The notes: generated by a model from the letters alone, not told the origin. 64,000 bases of DNA from an uncultured Poribacteria bacterium (GCA_958296135.2 CATQHZ020000001.1:1472001-1536000), one strand, 5' to 3'. Positions 40,472-49,916 are shown, counted from the first letter of the stretch. Numbers and translations are program-made.

Positions 40472-40501
40472 ATTATACCACAATTCGGCGGCATTTGTCA
40501 A
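40472..40501 (-). promoter_or_regulatory. Sigma70 promoter upstream of the sacsin-like gene
   Basis: TTGACA-N18-TATAAT with extended TG. Confidence 0.6.
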
Positions 40502-40625
40502 GAGAAAAAATGCGCGCCTGTTCAGAACAATTCAGGTACGTAGCGGGCAAAGTCTGCCGTGTTGAACTGCTGTTGCTATCGCCGATTTCGTTGTGGCGAC
40601 ATGCAGTGCGTCTATGCCGGAGGGA

Positions 40626-42314
40626 TTAAGTCATCCGCACTGCTTGTTCCGCTACCGCTAAAATCCTATTAAGTACTTCGGAGACTTCGGTGTCAATCGC
40701 ATCCGTGGGAACATATTGGACGAGCCGGTGATAGTTCGTTTTGCGCATAAGATTGTCAACTCCCAGTTTTTTGAAAAATGCTTCAAAAAGGGGGTCGAGA
40801 AAATCATCGCTGGCTTTGGTATCTGGAGACCAGGGTGAGCCGTCACCAATTTCTGAAATCGCTTCTTCCATTATGTTAGCCCAATGCGCGGAAAAGAGAG
40901 ACCCGCCAATCTGTTTTTCTGCTTCGTCTCGTGCCCATGCGATGAGAACCTCTTTGTGGCAAAGGTAATTCTCGATTTCTCGCCGCTGCCACGTATGCCC
41001 CTGCAACTCAGGCGTGTTTTGAAATGCTGTTTCTAGCCGGTCGAAGAGACAGAATCCAACCAAGTCCGGTTTCGCTTCTCGCAATCCATAAAAATGTTTG
41101 CGGGCATCCACGGGTTTGTTGTTTCTTATGTATACCACATAAGGGCTCTCCAAGACATCCTTCGCGGGATGCTCAAGTTTCTCAGCAAACGCTTTTAAGA
41201 TCGCTAAGTCCGTTGCACCCTCAAGATAGAGAACCCAACCTTGCAGGGCCGCCTGATAATAGTTCTCAAAGCCAATCTCCTTAAGCGATTTCAGGAGGTG
41301 GCTGCCCCGGTTATCAATGCGATGCGGCTTACCCAGAAAAGCGATGACGACATCCCGATCGGCGGCCTCGTTTAAGATAACCTCGGAGTGGCTGGCGGCG
41401 ACGATTTGGCTGTTATGTTCCGTTGCCAACTCGGTGAGCGTCTGGTAAATCTGTCGTTGCCGGAGGATTTCCAGATGTGCGTCTGGTTCGTCGAGAAGCA
41501 GCACTGAGCCCGGGTGCACGGCGATATAGGCGAGCAAGAGGAGCGTCTGTTGAAGCCCACGTCCCGATGAAGAAAGGTCTAGCGATATGCCCTCCCGGTC
41601 TTTATAGCTCATTGCAATCTCACCACGTTCCAAAATGTAATCGGGTTTATCTAGTTGAACACCGAACAACTTTTGGATTTGCTCGCGGATTGTTTGCCAT
41701 GTTTCGCCGTTTTGCCGCTCAACTGAAACTTGATAGCACAGATTGCGCAGCACTTCTGCGGTGCGTCCTTCGCCAATCCGGACGTTGATTGCACCCGGAT
41801 CGAGTCGTGTCTCGTTTGATGCGAGCCCAGACATCGGTGGTAGAAAGGCGACATCAAGAGTTGCCGCCTCGTCAGGAACCGGCATTCGTTCGGTATCTGA
41901 GAGTCGAAGGGGACGGCAGTAAAAGGATTCGGGATTGCCGTAATAGAATTCCAAGCCACATTCCCACTTCTTTTCCGCAGTCATACCCTCAACGATGATG
42001 TCGATACAGATGTTTCTACCGCCGGGTCTCTGAGCATCCCGAACGCGCAAATTTTGCCAGAGCAATCTTGCGTTCGGAACAGGGACAGAGATGAGGTCGC
42101 GGCGGTTAATTGTAACACCGGGACGCTTTGCAGGGTTAGCTTGCCCCTTCCGGTTCTCGTTCCACCGTTTGAGCCCGATTTCCCATAATGCAAGGGCCTG
42201 CAGCGCGGTTGTTTTTCCGGAGTTATTCGGGCCGATGAATACGACAGGATTTCCTAATTCGACCTCGATCTCCTCGAAGCATTTGAAGTTGCGGCAGATA
42301 AGTTTCGTAAGCAT
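40626..42314 (-). CDS. ABC-type AAA ATPase with TOPRIM-like C-terminus (OLD-like ATP-dependent nuclease)
   Basis: GPNNSGKT, SSGRGLQ signature, LLDEPDAHL, YLEGATD, RREIENY. Confidence 0.82.
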   Translation of the reverse strand: MLTKLICRNFKCFEEIEVELGNPVVFIGPNNSGKTTALQALALWEIGLKRWNENRKGQANPAKRPGVTINRRDLISVPVPNARLLWQNLRVRDAQRPGGRNICIDIIVEGMTAEKKWECGLEFYYGNPESFYCRPLRLSDTERMPVPDEAATLDVAFLPPMSGLASNETRLDPGAINVRIGEGRTAEVLRNLCYQVSVERQNGETWQTIREQIQKLFGVQLDKPDYILERGEIAMSYKDREGISLDLSSSGRGLQQTLLLLAYIAVHPGSVLLLDEPDAHLEILRQRQIYQTLTELATEHNSQIVAASHSEVILNEAADRDVVIAFLGKPHRIDNRGSHLLKSLKEIGFENYYQAALQGWVLYLEGATDLAILKAFAEKLEHPAKDVLESPYVVYIRNNKPVDARKHFYGLREAKPDLVGFCLFDRLETAFQNTPELQGHTWQRREIENYLCHKEVLIAWARDEAEKQIGGSLFSAHWANIMEEAISEIGDGSPWSPDTKASDDFLDPLFEAFFKKLGVDNLMRKTNYHRLVQYVPTDAIDTEVSEVLNRILAVAEQAVRMT

Positions 42315-42401
42315 GTTTCTGCGCCAAATTTGATTAAGATTTACGGAAATTTTAAACGAATTCCATTTTTTTTGTCAAGCGAAACCGTGGGTAGCTCTGT
42401 G

Positions 42402-42454
42402 CATGGCGAGGGGAGCCCTCGGCGATTCGCGTTCGCCGGGCCCTCGCCCTACGG
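42402..42454. repeat. REP family A long hairpin
   Basis: Homologous to copies at 2626 and 13559. Confidence 0.8.
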
Positions 42455-42488
42455 AGATTCGGCGGGAGATTGGAAGACGGCTCGCATC

Positions 42489-45400
42489 TCATTCCACTTC
42501 AAGGATGCCATACGCCACGGCTTCTGTCGTAATCTCGGCTGTCCTTATTGCTTCATCCAGTTCCTGAATGCGGCGGTTGTAGTCTGCTTGCGCGTTGGCG
42601 ATTTCGCTTTCGCGCATCCGGCGGATGTTCGCCTCCTGCACCCGGTCGCGTTGGCTTTCAAGGAGTGCGATGCGTTTCTGATGACTCGTTGACAAATTCT
42701 TTTTGCGGTGATTTGCCAAGTCTCGCGTGCGCCGCTGGTGTTCTTCACGTGCCTCAGCCCACAGCTGCTGATGCGCCGTTTCTAACGCCTCACGTTCCGG
42801 CGGTGAATCACTCTCTCGGATGTGACTATCCGCCGCTTTCTCCAGAAGCTTGTTCAGATGCGGCGTTAATGCCGCCGAGGAAGAGACCGGTTTCAGCACC
42901 AGATTCCCCTTAATGCCGTGAAACTGCCATTGGTAAATGGCGAAATCATAACGGCCGGCGGGGACATCGCGCGTGCGCGTCTTCAATTTGGCGAAGACGT
43001 TGGGTTCAATTTTTAACCGCGCCGCCGCCTGTTTCACCAACGGGTGCGTCGGCACGATGAAGGTAGCCTCCGGATGCTGTCGTTTGCACTCCGAATCAAA
43101 GGTGATGGACAAATGCGGGACTGCACTCTTCAACCAGTCTTCCCACTCACGATAGACGGGGCTTCTTTCTCTGGAGAGTTCCCGGAAATCTTGCAGCAGT
43201 GTGTTACGCGCCTCTTCGGAAAGCCGAAGCGTTTTCAGCGTTCTTTCGCCGAGGATGAATTCCCTGTCCTGCCCGAAGTGCTGCTGCAGATAGTGCGTGA
43301 CGAGCCGCTGGATGGAGTACGCGGATAACCAGAAATTGGTGGCGTTTTCGACATCTTTCTCCATCTGTTTATCCGGGAGATGAATGCTGAAGAGCTCTAA
43401 CTGCTGCGCTTCGAGGCTTTCATGTTCCTGCATCAGCCGGATTTGGTTATCCGCCAATTGTTGGAGTTTCTCCTTCCGTTCTTCTCTGCTGAGTGCATGG
43501 TTTTCGGCGATATTCTGGATTTCGGTGGTGATTTCGCCGAGGATTTCTTCGGTGCCGCCGAGGGCACTCTCGAACACACCGATGCGGAGGAAGCACCGTT
43601 CGTAGATGTCGGCATCGACAGTGCCGGGGGTAATTAGGTTGATGATGGTAACCCGTTCGCTTGTTTGCCCCTTCCTGTCGATGCGGCCGATGCGTTGTTC
43701 AATTTTCATCGGATTCCACGGCAAATCATAGTTGACGATGCAGTCGCAGAACTGATAATCCAACCCTTCGCATCCGACTTCGGAAAACAGCATGACATCA
43801 ATGCAGTCGTCCGCGGTTTTTGGTTTCTCAAACCGATTTCGCAGCGCGAGGCGTTCTTCGTCCGGCACACCGCCGTGAATCATCCCGACGCGCACGCCGT
43901 CCGATTTGAGGTACTTGTAAAGGTAGGCGAGCGTGTGCCGGAAGCTGCTGAACAGCATGATTTTGTTGTTGCGCAACCGTTGCCGCTCTCGGACAATTTT
44001 GCGGAGAGATGCCAGTTTCAAATCGTCGGAATCGACAGATTGCGCTTGGTTCAGAACCTCTTCGACTTGAGCGCGAATCCGAGGGATGGCTTCCTCATTC
44101 GGCATCGCGTCGACAGCATCAGCTTCCGCCCAGGCGAATTCGTCAAGGTGGCGATGCAAGATATCCTCAAGGAGCGGTTCAAGTCCGTAGAGGCAGCTTG
44201 CAAGTTGGCGGCGCAGCGTCGTCATCATGAAATTGACGTTCCTGTCTCCGTGAAGCGTGCGGAATATCTCCTCTTGCATTTCCAAGAGTGCGTTGTGAAG
44301 TTCCTCCTGGTCTGCCGATAATTCAACCTCTACGGTTCGTGGCTGTCGCAGGGTAAACTCGCCGATGTCGCGCCGACGCGTGCGGTTGATTATCCCTGAG
44401 AAGGTGTGCTGCGCTTCCATCTCTGTGATGAGTTGCACCCGTTCTTCCGGCGTAACGCGCCCGGAGGCAATGTGCCGTTGGATGCGCTGGAATTCCGGGT
44501 TGTCCTTGAGGAACGATTGTCCCCAGGCGGTGGCTACTGCCTTGTCCAATTCTCTAGCGGCTTGCTGCGTCCATCCCCGTGTTTGCGCCCGTGCCACGTC
44601 AACAGCGCGGTTAATAAACGGGTTCGGTTCCGCCATGTCATTGAAACTCTCCTCGTCTAAAACCAGGTCTGGACGTAGCACGTTGAGCAGCACGAACAAA
44701 TCATGGCTGCCGAGTTGGATAGGGGTGGCGGTGAGGAAGACTGCTGCCTCCGCATGCACGCAGAAGAAGCGAACTGCCTCGTGATTCGCAGTGTTCTGGT
44801 TTCGGATGTGATGTGCCTCATCGACAATAACCAAGTCAAAGCGTGGCGGCGGATCCAGATCCAACAGTCCCTTGCGGCTTTTTTGCCTGCGCCTTCCCTC
44901 GGGTCCAAAAAGGAGCGTCTTATCTAACAGCGAATAGGGAATAATTACCTTCTGATGCTGCACGGGCCACTCGCCATCAAGATGTGTCTCGCTGATGCAG
45001 TATCGCAACGTTTTTCCATCTAGCGGCGTGAAACTTTCGTCAAACCGCTTCATCTCCTGCTCCCATTTTTTCTCAGCGACGAGGGGCCGCGGGCAGATAA
45101 TAAGCGCGGATTTAATTTCGCGGCGTGCTTGGAGTTCCCGCAAAATCAGGCCTGCCTCGATGGTTTTGCCCACACCGACACTATCGGCGATGAGTATCCT
45201 CGGCAGTTCTGCCTTGATGAATTTCATCACTGGCCGATACTGATAGGGGATGAAGTCAATGCTTGCCGTGTTAAGCGAATAGAGCGAGGATAACACCGGG
45301 TAGCGGATATGAAGAGCGGTGAGATAGGCGTGAAACGCGTCGCCAGATAACCCTTGAAAGGCTTCAACAGGACGTGTTTCAACCTGTAACTGCGAAGCGT

Positions 45401-45563
45401 AAAAGGTTTGAACGTTTCCGTTCAGGAAGACGTTGAATCGGTTTTCAGGTGTGCCCGGTAACACGGCGACTACCGCGCCGCGGATAGACGGGTTTGATTG
45501 CAGGCACACAATTTGGCCTGGAGAGAACTCCAAAGCCGGAGGCGTGTTTGCATCCATGTTCAT
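42489..45563 (-). CDS. SNF2/RapA-like helicase (DrmD-like architecture)
   Basis: ILIADSVGVGKT, VDEAHH, LTATP, SEVGCEGLD, YDLPWNP, EQRIGRIDR; C-terminal coiled coil. Confidence 0.88.
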   Translation of the reverse strand: MNMDANTPPALEFSPGQIVCLQSNPSIRGAVVAVLPGTPENRFNVFLNGNVQTFYASQLQVETRPVEAFQGLSGDAFHAYLTALHIRYPVLSSLYSLNTASIDFIPYQYRPVMKFIKAELPRILIADSVGVGKTIEAGLILRELQARREIKSALIICPRPLVAEKKWEQEMKRFDESFTPLDGKTLRYCISETHLDGEWPVQHQKVIIPYSLLDKTLLFGPEGRRRQKSRKGLLDLDPPPRFDLVIVDEAHHIRNQNTANHEAVRFFCVHAEAAVFLTATPIQLGSHDLFVLLNVLRPDLVLDEESFNDMAEPNPFINRAVDVARAQTRGWTQQAARELDKAVATAWGQSFLKDNPEFQRIQRHIASGRVTPEERVQLITEMEAQHTFSGIINRTRRRDIGEFTLRQPRTVEVELSADQEELHNALLEMQEEIFRTLHGDRNVNFMMTTLRRQLASCLYGLEPLLEDILHRHLDEFAWAEADAVDAMPNEEAIPRIRAQVEEVLNQAQSVDSDDLKLASLRKIVRERQRLRNNKIMLFSSFRHTLAYLYKYLKSDGVRVGMIHGGVPDEERLALRNRFEKPKTADDCIDVMLFSEVGCEGLDYQFCDCIVNYDLPWNPMKIEQRIGRIDRKGQTSERVTIINLITPGTVDADIYERCFLRIGVFESALGGTEEILGEITTEIQNIAENHALSREERKEKLQQLADNQIRLMQEHESLEAQQLELFSIHLPDKQMEKDVENATNFWLSAYSIQRLVTHYLQQHFGQDREFILGERTLKTLRLSEEARNTLLQDFRELSRERSPVYREWEDWLKSAVPHLSITFDSECKRQHPEATFIVPTHPLVKQAAARLKIEPNVFAKLKTRTRDVPAGRYDFAIYQWQFHGIKGNLVLKPVSSSAALTPHLNKLLEKAADSHIRESDSPPEREALETAHQQLWAEAREEHQRRTRDLANHRKKNLSTSHQKRIALLESQRDRVQEANIRRMRESEIANAQADYNRRIQELDEAIRTAEITTEAVAYGILEVE

Positions 45564-45577
45564 ATTTTCTTCCTTGA

Positions 45578-46735
45578 TTAGCGCATTAGCGTAACAATCA
45601 GCGTTGTGATGGCAGAGGCAGTGGAGACGATGGTGCTTACCAAACCCCAATTCCATTGAAACCGCTTATCTACCTCCAAAATGTCGCCCGGGTAGAGTAA
45701 AATCGCGTCCGTGCCTATGTTGAATGTAAACGGATGCTCAAGACTGGTGCCATCGCGACGATGAATCGTGACATTTTTCCGGTCTGCCGCTTCTTCAAAC
45801 CCACCCGTTAAGGCAATAGCCTGTGCAATCGTCAGTGGGCCGCGGATGCGCTGCGCGCCGGGAATGCGCACGTAGCCGATGACGTAAATCGGCTCTACCT
45901 TGAACGCATTCGGCACGAACAGCACATCCCCATCGGACAGTAGGATAGCCCTTCCTGTCTCGGCATTTGCCGCTCGGTTCGGCGTGGATTTCCAAAACTG
46001 CTCTGTCACGCTGAATTCGGAGAGGGCTCCGTCGCGGCTCACCTTGACGAGTGCCCCGAGGTCTGCCTCTTCCGTAGAGCCGCCGGCCCTTGCCAACGCT
46101 TCGGCGATGCCGATTGTGCCGCGGATAAAAAGTTTGCCCGGCACCTGTACCTGTCCCTGAACCTCCACCACGCTGAGCGGCATGACGAACACTAAATCGC
46201 TGACATTCACTTGGACATCGCGGTAAGGTTGATTTATGGAGATATCATAGGTTTCAACCTTTCCCGCGGTAGGCACGGTTTTCAAGCGCGCCCGCTCACG
46301 AATGAGTTGCACCTGTTGGACATCAGCATTCTCTGCCATTCCGCCTGCAAGGGTTATCGCGCGGTATAGCCCGATGTCTGTTTTTGGTGAGATAACGTAA
46401 CGCCCCGGGGTTTTCACTGCGCCGCCGACGAAAATGCCGTTCTCTTGCGGCACAGGGGATACCATGATGACGGGATTGCTGACGAGGTTCTCCGAGACGA
46501 GAAAGTCACGAATGCGTTGGCTCACCGCGTCCGCTGTCTTGCCGGCGACGTGAAGATCGCCGATGAAGTAGCTCATCATGCCGTCTTCTCGGACTTGCAC
46601 GGTTTGCGTATATTCGGGTTGCCCGATGATGGCAATGAGGAGCGTATCGCCTTCGCGGATGCGATACACATCGCCGAGAACCGAATTGTTCGCTGTCCAA
46701 ATAAGGAAAATTAGGGTGAAGAGAATTTTTTGCAT
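45578..46735 (-). CDS. Polysaccharide export protein with SLBB domains (Wza-like)
   Basis: YRIREGD, VREDG, GAVKTPGRY, repeated AxxxAGG SLBB motifs. Confidence 0.85.
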   Translation of the reverse strand: MQKILFTLIFLIWTANNSVLGDVYRIREGDTLLIAIIGQPEYTQTVQVREDGMMSYFIGDLHVAGKTADAVSQRIRDFLVSENLVSNPVIMVSPVPQENGIFVGGAVKTPGRYVISPKTDIGLYRAITLAGGMAENADVQQVQLIRERARLKTVPTAGKVETYDISINQPYRDVQVNVSDLVFVMPLSVVEVQGQVQVPGKLFIRGTIGIAEALARAGGSTEEADLGALVKVSRDGALSEFSVTEQFWKSTPNRAANAETGRAILLSDGDVLFVPNAFKVEPIYVIGYVRIPGAQRIRGPLTIAQAIALTGGFEEAADRKNVTIHRRDGTSLEHPFTFNIGTDAILLYPGDILEVDKRFQWNWGLVSTIVSTASAITTLIVTLMR

Positions 46736-46829
46736 GCGCGCTTCCCTTGTTACAAAAATCCCAATGCGGATGTCTCTATCCGCCCGTGTCCATCGGAGAA
46801 AGATGCCCTGTTTATTTCCTTAATCTTCA

Positions 46830-47102
46830 TTAGGGCTGCCACGTCTCTAGGGAATCAAAATAGGTTTTGAGGCATTCCCGTGCTTGCGGGAGAGAATCTG
46901 CTGGCACGAGGACATCGCCCCATTCGGATTTTCCTGCGTTACCCTTAAGGGCACCGCCATAGGCAGGTGTGTCGTGTGGCCGTAGGTAGACAGCGATACC
47001 TGCCTCTTCCAAAACGCTTTTAATGATATTTCCCGCGACTTCATTCGGCACGGATTCGATGGCATGCCAGTTATCAGACTCTGGTTTCGCAAAAAAAGAC
47101 AT
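46830..47102 (-). CDS. DUF2007 family small protein
   Basis: IIKSVLEEAGI...VLVP..A...L pattern. Confidence 0.7.
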   Translation of the reverse strand: MSFFAKPESDNWHAIESVPNEVAGNIIKSVLEEAGIAVYLRPHDTPAYGGALKGNAGKSEWGDVLVPADSLPQARECLKTYFDSLETWQP

Positions 47103-47237
47103 GGGTTTTTCCTCTGTGTCTAGCGTCGTGTTTCTATGATAGCATACACGCGGGAATTTGTCAAATTCTGATGCGTCTGATGAAATGTAAAAAATGTGAC
47201 ATTCCGAGACATTTTGTGGTATACTTAAAAATCACTC

Positions 47238-47318
47238 GCGAGCGAAGAGGAGATTCTTGATGCCTATTCCCATTTAACCAAAGCGGACATTCAGGCGTGC
47301 CTGAGTTATGCCGCGCGT
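47238..47318 (+). pseudogene. DUF433 antitoxin C-terminal remnant
   Basis: Translates ASEEEILDAYSHLTKADIQACLSYAAR (DUF433 consensus); no start codon, followed by a REP. Confidence 0.7.
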
Positions 47319-47340
47319 TGCCACCCGACTGCATGTCGCG

Positions 47341-47369
47341 GTAGGGCGGGTAGAGACATCCGCCCTTAC
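47341..47369. repeat. REP family C
   Basis: GTAGGGCGGGTAGAGACATCCGCCCTTAC. Confidence 0.8.
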
Positions 47370-47436
47370 CCTCCCGGCACGTGCACGCTTTCCGAAGAGA
47401 CCGGACGACTGAATGCTTCTGGCTTCTTTAGGGAAA

Positions 47437-48258
47437 CTATTTGTTGAATTCCCAGAGCCGCAACGCTGTTTTCCCCAAAACCCATTCCCTATCTTCAGGC
47501 GTGAAGAAGTCCATTTCGTCGCGCACAACCGCCAGCGTTTGCGCATAACTTGCACGCTTCAAGCAGACGGGCCAATCCGTGCCCCACATTATCCGATTGC
47601 CGCCGAAGGCGTGATATACCCGCTTCACCTGGGCGAACGTATCTGTCCACGGATACCCTGTGTTGGAGAGGGACCAGGTATGGCTAATCTTGACATAGAC
47701 GCGCGGGAATCGCGCGAGGTTCAGGAGCCATTCAAGTTTTTCGGGTGCCGCAGGCGAACAATCCGCCATGTGGTCTACCACGACATCCAGGGCCTCATGC
47801 TGTTCCAAGAGTGGCACCAGGTCAGCGAGTCGTTCGGGCCCCGTCAAGATAAGCATGGGCACGCGGAGTGTTTCGGCGCGTTTGAAGATGGGTGGCATTA
47901 AGGGCCCGGTGAACCAATCGCCGGCGGGGCCGACAGCAGGACTCAGTCGAACGCCATGGAAACCGTGTTCCTCTGTCCAGCGGCTGAGGTGCTCTGGTGC
48001 GCCCGGGTCTTCCGGGTTAATTCGGCATACGCCCATGAGTTTATCGGGATACCTCTTCATCGCGTCTGCGGCGTAACTGTTGTCCCACCGATAGTGGATG
48101 ACTTGGACGAGTACAGTCTTTTCAACGCCGTTGGCTGCCATCAATTCCAGCAACATCTCCGCTGTGGCATCTTCGGTAGGTGGGTTCGTTGTCTCTGGTG
48201 CCCACGGGAACCTCGGGTCATTTTTCCATACGTGAACGTGCGGGTCGATAATTCTCAT
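47437..48258 (-). CDS. Amidohydrolase family protein (lactonase-like)
   Basis: IIDPHVHVW, VVDHM, MWGTDWP. Confidence 0.88.
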   Translation of the reverse strand: MRIIDPHVHVWKNDPRFPWAPETTNPPTEDATAEMLLELMAANGVEKTVLVQVIHYRWDNSYAADAMKRYPDKLMGVCRINPEDPGAPEHLSRWTEEHGFHGVRLSPAVGPAGDWFTGPLMPPIFKRAETLRVPMLILTGPERLADLVPLLEQHEALDVVVDHMADCSPAAPEKLEWLLNLARFPRVYVKISHTWSLSNTGYPWTDTFAQVKRVYHAFGGNRIMWGTDWPVCLKRASYAQTLAVVRDEMDFFTPEDREWVLGKTALRLWEFNK

Positions 48259-48259
48259 G

Positions 48260-49297
48260 CTATTTCTCCTTTACAGGTTCGTGCTGCGTCTGTCCGAATA
48301 AGAATCCGAACGCGCCTAAAGGCAGGCAATACAACAAAATCATCAGGTGGAGGCTAAACCCGACGACGGTGCCAGTCTCTTTTGAGGTGCCGAAGAGGTG
48401 GAGCAGCCATACAAACGGAAACTCGGTTGTTCCGAAGTTGCCGACGGTTTGGATAGGTAGCAGGTTAAATCCATTTGTAAAGACGAGCGCGAACAGCACC
48501 TCAATCAACGGAATCTCAACGCCCATTTCGGCGACGAGGTAGCACTGAAACCCAAAACGAATTGCGAGGCAGAGGCATGAATATGCCCAAACCTTCAGAA
48601 ACGGATGGATGTGGCTTTTCATGGCCGTGGCCATCCGGACAATCTGCGTTACTTCGCGAATGACAGCCATTCCCTTGTTGACTATCCATGTGAGCGGCGT
48701 TTTATTAAGCCGCAGCAGCGGCATTGCGCATCTCTCGGCGAGAGCCGTGCAAGAATTGGGTGCAGCGCAAGCGAAAACCAGCACTGTCAGCAGCCCGCCT
48801 CCGATAAGCAGCGGCATCAGATAGAGCAATGTCCAACTGATGCTTTGCAAGCGCGCTTGCAGGAGTGAGGCTGTGCCTACCATCAAACCGATTAACAGGA
48901 GTAGATCGATGAGACTTGCGACGAGAAGCGATGCGATGCCTTGCGTTGCATTGACTTTCTGCCGCCGTTGCATCAGATAGACATAGGAGACATCCCCGGT
49001 CCGCATCGGCAGGAAATTCCCCCAGAAGGTGTGCAAGGCGAGAATGGGGAAGAGTTGATGCACCGGGCGGCTCTCCAATCCCAGTAATTCGCGGAAGCGG
49101 AGCGTTTTGCACCACACCAGCAGGCAGTAACAGCCGAATCCGATGAGCAGTGCCTTGATGGACAGTCGGCTCAGCGTTTTCGGTATCTCTCGGATGTCGA
49201 TTTCCTTTAATAGAAAGGAGGTGATGATTATCGCCAGTGCCGTGGGTAAGACGATTTTGGCAATTTGCCGGCATCGCGTTGTGTTTAAAAGCAGCAT
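48260..49297 (-). CDS. Lysylphosphatidylglycerol synthase TM (flippase-like) protein
   Basis: Multi-TM; NFLPMRTGD, LPIQTVGNFGTTE. Confidence 0.8.
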   Translation of the reverse strand: MLLLNTTRCRQIAKIVLPTALAIIITSFLLKEIDIREIPKTLSRLSIKALLIGFGCYCLLVWCKTLRFRELLGLESRPVHQLFPILALHTFWGNFLPMRTGDVSYVYLMQRRQKVNATQGIASLLVASLIDLLLLIGLMVGTASLLQARLQSISWTLLYLMPLLIGGGLLTVLVFACAAPNSCTALAERCAMPLLRLNKTPLTWIVNKGMAVIREVTQIVRMATAMKSHIHPFLKVWAYSCLCLAIRFGFQCYLVAEMGVEIPLIEVLFALVFTNGFNLLPIQTVGNFGTTEFPFVWLLHLFGTSKETGTVVGFSLHLMILLYCLPLGAFGFLFGQTQHEPVKEK

Positions 49298-49303
49298 TAT
49301 GTG

Positions 49304-49594
49304 CTATTTGCGTTTAAGTGCTTCCTGCGCGCGCCGCAGCGCGAAACGGGCATCAACATCATTTGGGTTTTGTTGAATCGCCGCCTTGAAGTCCTCAATA
49401 GCGGTATCAAGTTGCCCCAACCGATCCTTCGCCATTCCACGATTGTAGTAGGCATCAACGCGAGGGTTGAGTTGGATTGCCTTGTTATAGTTGACAATAG
49501 CGGCATGATATTGCCCAAGCATGTTCTTTGGCTCTCCCTGATTACGGAATGCTTCGGCACCCGCCTGTTTGGTTTGCATAATAGTATCCTCCAC
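49304..49594 (-). CDS. Small TPR protein
   Basis: YNKAIQLNP..AYYNRG..AIEDFKAAIQQNP. Confidence 0.75.
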   Translation of the reverse strand: MEDTIMQTKQAGAEAFRNQGEPKNMLGQYHAAIVNYNKAIQLNPRVDAYYNRGMAKDRLGQLDTAIEDFKAAIQQNPNDVDARFALRRAQEALKRK

Positions 49595-49670
49595 ATTTCT
49601 AAATCTTATTGAAGTTTACCTGATAAAGTATACCACGAAAATTTGTTTTTGTCAATTTTTACGAAAAAGT

Positions 49671-49700
49671 TTGACATAAGAATGCGAACTATGGTATGCT
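49671..49700 (+). promoter_or_regulatory. Probable native mutS promoter (now upstream of the tnpB element)
   Basis: TTGACA-N18-TATGCT with extended TG; divergent TTGACA-N17-TATACT promoter at 49627..49655. Confidence 0.6.
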
Positions 49701-49837
49701 ATATTAGGAAGATTTTTATGTCGCTTGCGAAGTTTGGGTTAAATAAATCACTGAAAGGAGGACGTTCCTAGCCCCCGAAAATCGAGCCACATCGTGGTAA
49801 AAGCGGATTTATCGTGATAAACGCCAACATAAGTGTT

Positions 49838-49900
49838 ACCGTGTTGGGCAATGATATCACCGCCAGCGCATTGCCCACCTTGTGATAAAGGCAAACACGG
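49838..49900 (+). ncRNA. Candidate structured 5' leader RNA of tnpB-2
   Basis: P1 CCGTGTT/AACACGG, P2 GGGCAATG/CATTGCCC, P3 CCTT/AAGG, pseudoknot TATCAC/GTGATA. Confidence 0.6.
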
Positions 49901-49916
49901 CATACGGGAACACCTC

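Noticed and set aside
42489-45563. DISARM or Zorya system
   Set aside because: No drmA/B/C, cognate methylase or zorA/B genes adjacent.
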